From positions 22,249 through 86,248 of the IMG/VR virus record IMGVR_UViG_3300010883_024574: a stretch of 64,000 bases of DNA. One strand, given 5' to 3'. The translations under genes were made by a program, and so were the position numbers. Shown here piece by piece: positions 16,879 to 26,576 of this stretch. Under the pieces are notes generated by a model. The model had not been told where the DNA came from. It made no database searches and saw nothing but the letters and a program-made list of their open reading frames with translations. Every line of letters begins with the position of its first letter. Position 1 is the stretch's first letter. This stretch comes from a virus.

Positions 16879-17955
16879 GTGAATATTGATCAAACTAAAG
16901 AAATTTTGAAAACAATGCCGATGGATAAGTCCATCATGTTACATGCAAAGCATGGAGTGGGTAAGTCGTCAGTTGTTCGTCAAGTTGCAGATGAGATTGC
17001 AGAAGAGTCTGGAAAGCCTTGTGGCTTTTGGGACGTTCGGCTTTCTCAGTGTGAGGTAGGCGACATTAAGGGTATGCCGCTACTGGATTCTAAGGAGGGG
17101 ATTACTCGCTTTCTTAAGCAGGAATGGTGGCCTCGCGACCCAGATAGTTGTGGAATCCTATTCTTTGATGAGCTAAACAGGGCTTCAAAGGATGTTTTGC
17201 AAGCAGTGTTTGAGATCTGCTTGGACCGTCGTTTAGACGGAGAAGACTTGCCCTCCGGTTGGCGGGTTGTTGCTGCGGTTAATTCCGATGATGACTACGA
17301 TGTAGTTGAGTTGGACCCCGCTTTGCACGATAGATGGTTTCACATCGACTTTGACCCCTCTGCGCTTGAGTGGATGGACTGGGCGCGTGAAACAGATGTG
17401 CATGAAGCCGTTGTTGAGTTTATTAACCGCAATCAAAACCTGTTAGACCCTCCTATTGGAAACCTTGAGGCAGGTCGGATTTATCCCTCTCGCAGAAGTT
17501 GGGTTGCTTTTAGCGACACTCTTATCGGTATGGGCTTAGATTCTCGCACAGATGATGGTATGCTTACTCAAGTCACAAAGGGTTGGGTAGGGAGAGAGAT
17601 TGCTGTGATGTTTCAGAAGTTTCTTACTAATGAATTCTCACACCTTCGTCCAAGTGACATTCTTGATGACTTTGAGAAGGTCAAGGACAAGGTAGAGGCG
17701 GCTTGTAATGATATTGAGGTTGTCGCCGCTTTGTCACGCTCTGTTGTTGCAGAGGTTAATGAACGGTCTTTGACCAAGACCAAAGAAAAGCAAAGAAAGA
17801 ATTTGAGAGAGTTCTTTATGATGCTTCCAAACGATGTTGCATCGCAGGCTTGGGTCGCTCTGTTGGGCGGACAAAAGAGTAAGAAGATTGTGATGGAATG
17901 GCAGAATGATGAAGACTTCCGCGAACACTTGAAGAAGATTTACCTTTCTTCATAA
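16879..17955 (+). CDS. MoxR-like AAA+ ATPase
   Basis: Walker A variant AKHGVGKS, Walker B ILFFDELNR, LDPALHDR and PSRRSW motifs. Confidence 0.88.
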   Translation: MNIDQTKEILKTMPMDKSIMLHAKHGVGKSSVVRQVADEIAEESGKPCGFWDVRLSQCEVGDIKGMPLLDSKEGITRFLKQEWWPRDPDSCGILFFDELNRASKDVLQAVFEICLDRRLDGEDLPSGWRVVAAVNSDDDYDVVELDPALHDRWFHIDFDPSALEWMDWARETDVHEAVVEFINRNQNLLDPPIGNLEAGRIYPSRRSWVAFSDTLIGMGLDSRTDDGMLTQVTKGWVGREIAVMFQKFLTNEFSHLRPSDILDDFEKVKDKVEAACNDIEVVAALSRSVVAEVNERSLTKTKEKQRKNLREFFMMLPNDVASQAWVALLGGQKSKKIVMEWQNDEDFREHLKKIYLSS

Positions 17956-18017
17956 CTTCATCCCCACGGGTCAGGCACAGGGTAATCAGGTGTCTATCTT
18001 TTATAGGAGACTAACGC

Positions 18018-19160
18018 ATGGCTAATACACAAATCAAAAACAGGCTAGAGTCGGCTATTTCAAAGCTGGTAACTTTTCAGCCTTTATATGGAGAGGTTTT
18101 TCTTCATCTAAACAAAAAGGAAACCACTAAGGTTCCAACTCTTGCGGTTGGTGTTATTCGCCGCGTTGACCTTGCTTTGTATTACAATCCAGATTTTATT
18201 GCAAAGCTATCTTCAACAGAGTTGAGAAGCGTCTTAAAGCATGAGGCACTTCATATATTGCTTCATCACTTGACACGCGCAAAACATTTTGCATATAATC
18301 CTCGCGGATACAATATTGCTGCTGATTGCGCTATTAACTGTCATATTGAGGGGCTTCCAGAGGGGGCTTTGTACCCACATCTGTTTGACCTTCCTAGTAA
18401 TGAATCGTCCGAATGGTACTATGAAAAGCTAAAGAAAGAAGCAGAGGATAGAGGTGGAGACTTTGATACCCTTGTTGAAGGCAAGGGAGATACTGTTGAC
18501 GACCACTCTATGTGGGATGAGTTTGATGATGATATTGTAGAAGAAAAGATTAGAAATATTGCAGAAAAGGCAATTAAAGAGCAAGAGAAGAAGGGTTGGG
18601 GCAATATTGCCGGAAACCTTGCGGCACAGATTATTGCAGCTAATAAGCCAATCGTTAACTGGAAAAAGGAAGTTAGATGGTTTATTAACAAGCTGATTAT
18701 GATGGGCCGTAAGTCTACCCGTATGCGCCCCAATAGGAGGTATGGCATCACTTCCCCTGGGACTAAAAGGAACTATACAAGCAAGCTGTTGGTAGCCTTT
18801 GATACGTCTGGTTCGGTGTCTGATGAACAGTTGGAATACTTTGCTACTGAATTAAATGGAATGATTGATCATGTAAAAGTGGACTTCATCCAGTTCGATA
18901 CTCAGATCTATGACGACCCTAAACCTTTTAGCAAGAAGGCAGCAAAGATTGATATTGTGGGTCGCGGAGGAACGTGCTTCTCTCCTGTCATTGAGTTAGC
19001 AGACGAGCTAAGATATGACGGACTGGTAGTGTTCACAGATGGATATGCGCCATTTCCGTCCAAGCCAAAGACGAGAGTTTTATGGGCTGTCTGTGATCAG
19101 GATAGGGGCGTAGAGTTTCCTTATGGAAAGAAAGTAGTTATTGAACAAAAAAATCGGTAG
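18018..19160 (+). CDS. VWA-domain protein with N-terminal HExxH metallopeptidase-like domain (MoxR partner)
   Basis: LKHEALH, NIAADCAIN, MIDAS DTSGS, GRGGT and FTDG motifs. Confidence 0.88.
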   Translation: MANTQIKNRLESAISKLVTFQPLYGEVFLHLNKKETTKVPTLAVGVIRRVDLALYYNPDFIAKLSSTELRSVLKHEALHILLHHLTRAKHFAYNPRGYNIAADCAINCHIEGLPEGALYPHLFDLPSNESSEWYYEKLKKEAEDRGGDFDTLVEGKGDTVDDHSMWDEFDDDIVEEKIRNIAEKAIKEQEKKGWGNIAGNLAAQIIAANKPIVNWKKEVRWFINKLIMMGRKSTRMRPNRRYGITSPGTKRNYTSKLLVAFDTSGSVSDEQLEYFATELNGMIDHVKVDFIQFDTQIYDDPKPFSKKAAKIDIVGRGGTCFSPVIELADELRYDGLVVFTDGYAPFPSKPKTRVLWAVCDQDRGVEFPYGKKVVIEQKNR

Positions 19161-19165
19161 TATAT

Positions 19166-19199
19166 AAGGGTGGAGACATAAAGTCTCCACCCTTTTTTT
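19166..19199 (+). terminator. Rho-independent terminator
   Basis: AAGGGTGGAGAC-ATAAA-GTCTCCACCCTT plus a T-run. Confidence 0.9.
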
Positions 19200-19218
19200 A
19201 TCCTTAAGGAGCTGATTT

Positions 19219-20421
19219 GTGATTCATGTAATATCTAAAACACATAGTAGACTTGCAACTATAATAGTTGCTTTTGATGCAGGTGCAAGGTCTGAGTTAA
19301 CCGGAGAGTATAATTCTGGTATTGCTCATATGCTTGAACATTCTTTATTTAAGGGCACAGAGAAAAGAAATAGTGTACAGATACAAAGGGAGATAGCATT
19401 TCTTGGCGGGCACTCAAATGCTTTTACTTCGCACGAAACTGTTGCTTATTATATAAGTGTCCCCTATGAAAACCTAGAGCCATGTATGGAGATTCTTTCT
19501 GATATGGTTTTCAATCCTATATTTCCAGAGGATGAGTTCCTAAAGGAAAGAGAAGTCGTTAAAGAGGAAGAGGTTTCTTCAAATGATGATCCATCAATGT
19601 ATATATGGAGACAGTTTTCAGACGAATTCTTTGATAATTATTTAGCACTACCTGTGCTTGGAACACAAGATAGTATTTCAAAGTTTACAAACGATGAAGT
19701 TAAAAGGTTCCATTCTCAATTTTGCCAAAGAAAGGATGCTATAGTCTCAGTCTGTAGTATCTTGAAAAAGAAAGATATAAAAAATCTTTTAAATAAATAT
19801 TTTGGAAAGCAAAATGGGAAAATAAAAAGATCTTATAAGTTTGATGATTCAAACTATTTAGACTCTAGATACATAGAGCTTTTTAAGGGAGGTCTTGAGC
19901 ACGCCTATGTTTGGCTGGGTATGCCCGCTGACAGCATGGGTTCAAAGTGGGATGGTGCAATCCAGATACTTATGACTATCCTTGGCAGGGGAATGGATTG
20001 TAGGCTGTTTACAGAGGTGAGAGAGAAGCTAGGCTTGGTGTATGGCATATCTGCAAATTATACTGATTGGCAGACAGGCGGATTGACCATGATAGAATTC
20101 TCCACAAGAGAGGATAATATAGCAGAAGCACTTGATACTGTTGACAAGGAGCTGGAAGTGATTAAAACATATATGCCTACCGAGGAAGAAGTACAGAGAG
20201 CGAAGAATAAGATAAGATCATCTTTTTATGCAGCTATGGAAGATAGCTATAGCATTGCTTATTGGGAAACCAAAAGAAGGCTGTTTAACATACCGGAAAT
20301 AGATGAGTATATGAAAAAGATTGATGCCGTAACAAGGCAAGATGTTCTTGAGGCAGCCAATCGAGTCTTTGATACAGATAAGCAATTGCTGACGGTATGC
20401 AGAGGACCCGATGATGGCTGA
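19219..20421 (+). CDS. M16 family zinc peptidase
   Basis: GIAHMLEH (HxxEH), NAFTS and RLFTEVREKLGLVY motifs. Confidence 0.92.
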   Translation: MIHVISKTHSRLATIIVAFDAGARSELTGEYNSGIAHMLEHSLFKGTEKRNSVQIQREIAFLGGHSNAFTSHETVAYYISVPYENLEPCMEILSDMVFNPIFPEDEFLKEREVVKEEEVSSNDDPSMYIWRQFSDEFFDNYLALPVLGTQDSISKFTNDEVKRFHSQFCQRKDAIVSVCSILKKKDIKNLLNKYFGKQNGKIKRSYKFDDSNYLDSRYIELFKGGLEHAYVWLGMPADSMGSKWDGAIQILMTILGRGMDCRLFTEVREKLGLVYGISANYTDWQTGGLTMIEFSTREDNIAEALDTVDKELEVIKTYMPTEEEVQRAKNKIRSSFYAAMEDSYSIAYWETKRRLFNIPEIDEYMKKIDAVTRQDVLEAANRVFDTDKQLLTVCRGPDDG

Positions 20422-21124
20422 CGGTATTGATCTTTATGGGGACGGAATAGGGCAAGTAGAACTCGTTGACTATATGGGTTCTGACTTGACCGTAGTGAAC
20501 AGTGCTCGTGTAAGCTTTGGGAGAACAAAACAAGAGTTAGACCATAAAGATAAAAGGCTTATTAAGTACCTAGTAAACCACAAGCATACCTCTACCTTAG
20601 AACATAATGTTGTTACCTTTCGCTTTTGTGTTCCTCTCTTTGTAAGAAGTCAACACCATCGTCATAGGACTTGGTCATATAATGAAATCTCAAGAAGATA
20701 TACAGACTTTGACATAAGGTTTTATAGCCCACAGATGTTCAGAACTCAACACGAATCTAATAGGCAAGCTAGCAACGCAGACCAGATGGTTAATCCTTTG
20801 GTGTCATATCCAAGGGTTGATTACGCAGCTTGCGTTGCGTCTGACGCGGTGCAAAAGCATAGTGAAATAAGTTTATCGCTTTATAATAGACTTGTTGGTG
20901 CAGGGGTCTGTAGAGAACAAGCTAGAGGCGTTTTGCCCCAGAATATGTATACAGAATATTATGGAACAGTAAATCTAAACAACTTATTAAAGTTTGTTGA
21001 CCTAAGGCTTCATGAAGGAGCGCAGAAGGAGATTCAGGTGGTGGCTAAAGCTTGTTTGGATATTGTGTCAAATCTATGGCCAATCACGGTTGATGCCCAT
21101 AGAGAGAGAACAACCCGCGATTAA
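20414..21124 (+). CDS. thyX: FAD-dependent thymidylate synthase
   Basis: NSARVSF, HTSTLEH, RHRTWSYNEISRRY, REQARGVLP and LRLHEGAQKEI motifs. Confidence 0.95.
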   Translation: MADGIDLYGDGIGQVELVDYMGSDLTVVNSARVSFGRTKQELDHKDKRLIKYLVNHKHTSTLEHNVVTFRFCVPLFVRSQHHRHRTWSYNEISRRYTDFDIRFYSPQMFRTQHESNRQASNADQMVNPLVSYPRVDYAACVASDAVQKHSEISLSLYNRLVGAGVCREQARGVLPQNMYTEYYGTVNLNNLLKFVDLRLHEGAQKEIQVVAKACLDIVSNLWPITVDAHRERTTRD

Positions 21125-21239
21125 GGTCGGACGAACCCTTCTGGGCAAAAGCTTCACAAGAATTCGCGCCGGGTTGTGTTTAATATTTAATTGATATTAA
21201 TATGATTTTTAAGTATATATAATTTAGTCGGAGTAATAT

Positions 21240-21572
21240 ATGAGTATGGTTGATTTGTTCCTTTTTACATTCGGATGTGCTGGTCTTACAGTAATCCTTG
21301 TATTAAGTTCGGTTTTAGAGCCAGTTAGAGATTTTGTTTCTTCAAAGTCTACTTCTTTGGGGAAGTTAATTAATTGTACTATGTGTTCTGGTTTTTGGGT
21401 TGGGCTGGTGGCTGCACTTTTGACTGGAGTAAATCCTGTGTGGGGAGCGGCTATATCTAGTTTGTTTAGCTGGAGTATTTCGAATATTGTAGAATCCTTT
21501 TTTGCAGTAGGAGTATACTTTGATTCAATGTTAGAAGAGGATGGAGAAGAAGATGAAAGAATTGTTGAATAG
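21240..21572 (+). CDS. small membrane protein with CxxC (DUF1360-like)
   Basis: Hydrophobic segments flanking LINCTMCSGFWVG. Confidence 0.6.
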   Translation: MSMVDLFLFTFGCAGLTVILVLSSVLEPVRDFVSSKSTSLGKLINCTMCSGFWVGLVAALLTGVNPVWGAAISSLFSWSISNIVESFFAVGVYFDSMLEEDGEEDERIVE

Positions 21573-22056
21573 AATATCTATACCTGGAAGAATCATAGAC
21601 CTACTGTGGTCAGATGATGAATTCTTTAGAGATGTGTCATCGAATAAAAAGACGGCTTCTGCTGGCAAGTTTCCAAGGTGCGACCAGTGGTGCGATGATA
21701 CCGGCTTTCATATGGCCTTTGCATTAGCAGGATACTCGCCGGGAGACGTTGATATTGTTGTTAAAAATAATGAACTTTATATAAATGGCCTTGGATCTAA
21801 GTTAGAAGCATTTGGCGATACTAAAACATCTGATACGATAGATGATGAGTATCCAATCAAGACTCCAAACCTTGGGGTTCAGCAGGGCATGATTGTTCGT
21901 GGAATTGCTAGAAGAAATTTTAAAACAAAGTATTTTATAAATCCCTCTTTTAATCTTGTAGGCGCAACAGCTTCTATGAGAAATGGATTACTTGAAATCG
22001 TAATTCCAAAGAAAGAAGAAGAGGGAGAGAAATCTATTAAGGTAGAGGAGAAATGA
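21541..22056 (+). CDS. small heat-shock protein (Hsp20/alpha-crystallin)
   Basis: ALAGYSPGDVDI, RGIARRNF and ASMRNGLLEIVIPK motifs. Confidence 0.9.
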   Translation: MEKKMKELLNRISIPGRIIDLLWSDDEFFRDVSSNKKTASAGKFPRCDQWCDDTGFHMAFALAGYSPGDVDIVVKNNELYINGLGSKLEAFGDTKTSDTIDDEYPIKTPNLGVQQGMIVRGIARRNFKTKYFINPSFNLVGATASMRNGLLEIVIPKKEEEGEKSIKVEEK

Positions 22057-22057
22057 A

Positions 22058-22315
22058 ATGAGTACAAATATTGAATCACTATTAAGAACCATGGTTACTA
22101 GCATCGTTGATGATGTAGAGTCGGTAAGCATAGAAGAGGCAGAGACAGATAAAGAAGGTACGCTTTATGAGGTAAAGGTTGGCAAAGATGATGTTGGAAA
22201 GGTCATTGGCAAACAAGGAAGAATTGCTAGCGCCATAAGAACGGTTGCAAAGGCGGCTGGCGCAAAGAATGGTGAGAAGATTATGATTAATGTATTTAAT
22301 AAACCTTTGGAGTAA
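22058..22315 (+). CDS. khpA: KH-domain RNA-binding protein KhpA (UPF0109)
   Basis: IVDDVESV...DVGKVIGKQGRIASAIRTV with an intact GxxG loop; 85 aa. Confidence 0.88.
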   Translation: MSTNIESLLRTMVTSIVDDVESVSIEEAETDKEGTLYEVKVGKDDVGKVIGKQGRIASAIRTVAKAAGAKNGEKIMINVFNKPLE

Positions 22316-22319
22316 ATAT

Positions 22320-22700
22320 ATGACCATTGTTAACTGGAGACAAAAATGTTTAAACTATCCAAGCATTATGTTTGGAAGGGCTGTTCAAAATGCCAGAAAC
22401 AGAGCAAAGAAAAGGGATATACCTTTTGAATTAACAAAAGAGTATATAGTGGCTTTATTTGAAGAACAGGATGGAAAGTGTTTCTATTCTGATATAAGGC
22501 TAAATATTGTTAAAAAGAATAAGGATCGAACACATGATCCTTTTAAGATGTCTTTAGATTGCGTGGTTCCAGGCTTGGGATACGTAAAAGGAAATGTTGT
22601 ATGGTGCGCTTATTGCGTAAATGCACTTAAGCTAAAGATGTCAAAAGAGGATATGATAGAGGTATGCAGACATATAGTCAAAAAGACTGATAGTGTTTGA
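22320..22700 (+). CDS. HNH-like (His-Me finger) endonuclease domain protein
   Basis: QDGKCFYS...SLDCVVPGLGYVKGNVVW...VNALK; GGAG RBS before ATG 22320. Confidence 0.65.
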   Translation: MTIVNWRQKCLNYPSIMFGRAVQNARNRAKKRDIPFELTKEYIVALFEEQDGKCFYSDIRLNIVKKNKDRTHDPFKMSLDCVVPGLGYVKGNVVWCAYCVNALKLKMSKEDMIEVCRHIVKKTDSV

Positions 22701-22720
22701 TAGATTGTAGCGGAGGAGCT

Positions 22721-22936
22721 GTGTCGTCAAAGGTGCTTAAAGCAGAAGATGTAGAAAGAATAAAGAGCAAAGTCAACAAGATGTATGAGAACTATGGCAT
22801 TGTTGTGGACGGCCTTGATGAGGGCGATGTAGCTAGGGTATATAGGTATTATATTGATAAAGAAGAGGAGTTAAACGCAGATCATCAAAAGTCCAAGAAA
22901 TACATAGGATCATTTGATGATGATGATATAATATAG
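22721..22936 (+). CDS. hypothetical protein
   Basis: GGAGG RBS before GTG 22721. Confidence 0.6.
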   Translation: MSSKVLKAEDVERIKSKVNKMYENYGIVVDGLDEGDVARVYRYYIDKEEELNADHQKSKKYIGSFDDDDII

Positions 22937-22940
22937 GCTA

Positions 22941-22952
22941 CTATTAATATTT
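22941..22952 (+). promoter_or_regulatory. putative late-promoter box
   Basis: CTATTAATATTT, identical 12-mer to 8375-8386; precedes HU and the tail-fibre genes. Confidence 0.4.
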
Positions 22953-22994
22953 GAGATTATATCGTTATATGCGCGCATACGCTTGCGTTGAAGG

Positions 22995-23288
22995 GTGATA
23001 AATATGGTAAATAAAAAAGATTTGGCTAAAAAGGTTGCAGCGAAGACGCTTCTGTCTCAGAAGGAGGCTTTGCAGGTCATAGATGGACTGATCGATACAA
23101 TAGTGGAATCATTAGAAGAAGACGGAGAAGTGTCAATAGTTGGGTTTGGAAAGTATTATTTATATACACACGCAGCTCGACCTGTTAGAAACCCAAAGAC
23201 ACAAGAGGAAATGGTGCTAAAGCCTTATAAGTCTGTTAAGTTTAAAGTAAGTGACAAAATTAAAAAGCATTTTAAGAATTTAAAATAA
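22995..23288 (+). CDS. HU/IHF-family DNA-binding protein
   Basis: NKKDLAKKVA...VSIVGFGK...ARPVRNPKTQE...VKFKVS motifs. Confidence 0.92.
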   Translation: MINMVNKKDLAKKVAAKTLLSQKEALQVIDGLIDTIVESLEEDGEVSIVGFGKYYLYTHAARPVRNPKTQEEMVLKPYKSVKFKVSDKIKKHFKNLK

Positions 23289-23297
23289 AGGATTATA

Positions 23298-26200
23298 ATG
23301 GCTACGGATAGCGATGGCAAGCTTACAAAATTTGAATCCTCAGTTACAGTTGTTACTGCCGAATTAGCAAACTCTTTATTTGGAGGATTATACGGTACAA
23401 GCGAAGTGGCGTCGAAAGACACGTACCACCCACTCGCGCACGGACACGTGCATGATGGCGAACACATTGATGGTCACGCCTCTCCAGTAAGCCTGTCAGA
23501 GCCTTACCATATAAGAGGGGTCCTGGTTCATGACAACCTAGGTGATGATGCGGTGATGAAGAACAATGTTTTTGACTCTATCTACCAAGACGATGTCATC
23601 CCAGAGTACGAAGAAATAGGCGGTGAGATACGTTACTACCTTGACCTGAGATCTATTAGGTCAGACTTTATATTTAGAGAAGTACAGGACCCCGCAGGTG
23701 ATAGAGGCCTACTGTCGGGGGCTGAAAATAAACTTATAAGGCAACGCAAGCAGCATTGGGACGGAAGTGCGTGTGCTGATATAGCAGATATTTGGGAAGA
23801 CGCAGAACCTAATGGATATGACTTTGTCTTTGGATCAGAATCTCTTGAAGATTTAGATCTCTTGGGGGCTGGAGATAATAGATTTTTATTTGATAAATCA
23901 AAAGGAGCCTTTAGAGCAGGCGGGGTTGAGGGGACCAAGTGGGACAACGCTAACCGAGGAAACTACTCTGTAGCCTTTGGAAAAAATACTAAAGCATCTG
24001 GAAACAAATCAGCTGTTGGTGGAGGCGAAAACAATGAGGCATCTGGGATAGAGTCAACAGTCTCCGGCGGTGACTCAAACAAGGCAGAGGCAAGCAACTC
24101 CACCATTGGTGGTGGTCAGCAAAATGAAATAGACAATATGTCAACCGACTCCACCATTGGTGGAGGCACAACAAACATAATAGACAATGGATCATTATCC
24201 GCTACGATTGGTGGTGGATTTGTAAACAAGATAGATAGTGGATCGGTTTATTCTATCATCGGCGGGGGCTTTCAAAATAAGATAATTGATACAAGCGAAG
24301 TGGCATCGACAACACACTCTGTCGTTTCGGGAGGCGGTGATAATAAAATAGATAATGGCTCAACCCATTCCACCATCGGGGGCGGCACAACAAATACCAT
24401 AGATAATGCATCAATCGAGGCAGCTATTAGCGGTGGCAGCACAAACGTAATAGACAACGGATCATCAGGATCTTGTATCGGCGGTGGCAATAATAACACT
24501 ATAGACCTATCGGGTCTATCTACTCTTTCTGGCGGTCAGCACAACAAGATAGACGCGGCATCATCCTTTTCTGCGATAGCTGGAGGAGGGGGAGTGGCCG
24601 AGGCTGATGGTAATTATATTTCTGGTGCATTATCCTCTTTCATTGGAGGCGGCACAGGCAACACTATAACAGACGCAGGATCGGTTATTGGTGGAGGCAT
24701 TGATAACACGGCATCAGGCGGAGGCTCGACCGTAGGTGGTGGAGCAAACAATAGTGCCCTTGGAGATTACTCTGTTGTATCCGGTGGCGGCGGGGCGAAT
24801 CTTGCCGACAGAAACTCTGCATCATCCCCAGGCTCTTTCGTCGGCGGTGGCCGGTCGAATGATGCGCAGGGGAGTTATTCGGTTATTTGCGGCGGTGATA
24901 ACAACGAAGTAAGTAGCGACAGTTCCGTTATCGTCGGTGGAAATAATAATGATATAACTGGCAACTCTCAGTTCTCTATAATCGCCGGAGGAGGCGGAGC
25001 TGCCGGAGAGGGAAACGCTATAGGTGTTGAGTACATAACTACTTATAGCGGCCTACTCACAGCTCCGCCAACCCCATCTCCTGTTTCTGGAATATTTGGC
25101 GGGAAGAAGAACCGTGTTGTAGGCGGGCTTGATACAAGCGGCAATCCTGTTGGAGAATTTAACTTTATAATAGGCGGCTTACAAAATGGCATAGGCGCAG
25201 TAGAAGGGTCGGTTGAATCCTGTTACATATTAGGTGGTACGCAAAATGATATCATTGCAAGCCAGCCTGTTGGCTCTGTTATAAGAAACTCAATGATTGG
25301 AGTTGGTGATACTAATGTTTTAGCAACTGCAGGCGGTCTCGTTATAGACTATTGTGCAATTTTCTCTGGGTTAAGCAATCTAATAGAAGTGAAACAAAAC
25401 CCTGGCTCAGAGGCCTTATTTTGTACAATTTTAAACGGACACGAAAATAAAATTATAACTGCAGGACAGACCTCCTCGATAATTGGCGGCTCTAATAATG
25501 AGATCTCTTCTGCCTCAGGCGCCTTTTCATCTACTACAACAGCCACGTCAACAATTATTGGTGGCTATAAAAACAAAATAGATAGCTGTCATGGCTCTAT
25601 AATAGGCGGCGGTGGAACGCAGATAGATCCGCTGGGAAACCCCCTTCCGCCATATACTATTGCAGGTGGAAGCACTGGCAATGAAATAAACAATTCTCAT
25701 TATACTTCGATATTAGGAGGAAGTTCCAACAAGATAGATGAGCAGTCTCACTTTTCTACCATTTTATCTGGAGAAGATAATCTTATTACAAACCTCGCCA
25801 CATGGTCGAGCATCCCTTATGGATCAAAAAATATAGTTAAATCTTATGGAGGAACGAAAACAAGTCATGCTTCAGCAGCTGGCCTTGAAAGCTGCTCTTA
25901 TACTTTTGGGCAGGACTCTTTATCCTCTGGAAACTTTGATGTATTGGGAGATACATATCTTCAAACCTATGCTCCAAATCCAGCTATTGGGACGCCTGGA
26001 GTTTATGGGGGGAACACCCTCGTCGGAGAAACAGGTGGTGCTCAATCATTTATTTTAAATGCCTTTGGACATTGGCGGTATTTGGAACCTCATATTGTAG
26101 ATCCAGCAAGCTCTCCGAATTTCGGAGAATATGTTGCATACTTTGATGGCAACAGCGTTATGTTTCAGCCAAGAGAGAATTCTGTTTATAGCTTTAATTT

Positions 26201-26576
26201 GCATTGTGTTTTGAGTTTTACTGAGGCTGGCGCAGCAAATGTACATCATTTTATATCATTTGATTACAAGGGCGGCATATCTGTCGGCCACGATGGCGTC
26301 TTGAATGTGATGCATTATGGAGCAGGCCCCATCTTTGTCAACCATAACTCTAGTGCAGCAACCATATCTAATACTGCTGCTGCTGATTTTCAGGTAAGGT
26401 TTACACATGATTTTGCAGTACCAGTACATGAGGTTGCTCCAGGCGCCGCTATAGCTCTTTCTCCAATGGCAATTTGGGTGAAGAATACTTCAAACCCAGG
26501 CACTTGGACGGCATCGTCCTTATCTGTAAGGGCGGAGTTCGTAGAGTGCAGACTATATTATAGAGGCTTTATGTAA
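23298..26576 (+). CDS. tail-fibre/adhesin-like protein with Gly-Gly-Gly-x-x-Asn beta-roll repeats
   Basis: Dozens of S(T/V)I(G/S)GGxxNxI repeats; FDKSKGAFRAG motif; His-rich N-terminal domain shared with the next ORF. Confidence 0.75.
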   Translation: MATDSDGKLTKFESSVTVVTAELANSLFGGLYGTSEVASKDTYHPLAHGHVHDGEHIDGHASPVSLSEPYHIRGVLVHDNLGDDAVMKNNVFDSIYQDDVIPEYEEIGGEIRYYLDLRSIRSDFIFREVQDPAGDRGLLSGAENKLIRQRKQHWDGSACADIADIWEDAEPNGYDFVFGSESLEDLDLLGAGDNRFLFDKSKGAFRAGGVEGTKWDNANRGNYSVAFGKNTKASGNKSAVGGGENNEASGIESTVSGGDSNKAEASNSTIGGGQQNEIDNMSTDSTIGGGTTNIIDNGSLSATIGGGFVNKIDSGSVYSIIGGGFQNKIIDTSEVASTTHSVVSGGGDNKIDNGSTHSTIGGGTTNTIDNASIEAAISGGSTNVIDNGSSGSCIGGGNNNTIDLSGLSTLSGGQHNKIDAASSFSAIAGGGGVAEADGNYISGALSSFIGGGTGNTITDAGSVIGGGIDNTASGGGSTVGGGANNSALGDYSVVSGGGGANLADRNSASSPGSFVGGGRSNDAQGSYSVICGGDNNEVSSDSSVIVGGNNNDITGNSQFSIIAGGGGAAGEGNAIGVEYITTYSGLLTAPPTPSPVSGIFGGKKNRVVGGLDTSGNPVGEFNFIIGGLQNGIGAVEGSVESCYILGGTQNDIIASQPVGSVIRNSMIGVGDTNVLATAGGLVIDYCAIFSGLSNLIEVKQNPGSEALFCTILNGHENKIITAGQTSSIIGGSNNEISSASGAFSSTTTATSTIIGGYKNKIDSCHGSIIGGGGTQIDPLGNPLPPYTIAGGSTGNEINNSHYTSILGGSSNKIDEQSHFSTILSGEDNLITNLATWSSIPYGSKNIVKSYGGTKTSHASAAGLESCSYTFGQDSLSSGNFDVLGDTYLQTYAPNPAIGTPGVYGGNTLVGETGGAQSFILNAFGHWRYLEPHIVDPASSPNFGEYVAYFDGNSVMFQPRENSVYSFNLHCVLSFTEAGAANVHHFISFDYKGGISVGHDGVLNVMHYGAGPIFVNHNSSAATISNTAAADFQVRFTHDFAVPVHEVAPGAAIALSPMAIWVKNTSNPGTWTASSLSVRAEFVECRLYYRGFM

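Noticed and set aside
22320-22700. Mobile homing endonuclease element
   Set aside because: It is free-standing, short and does not interrupt a gene, and the usual DR(I)D segment reads DCVV. Mobility cannot be supported.
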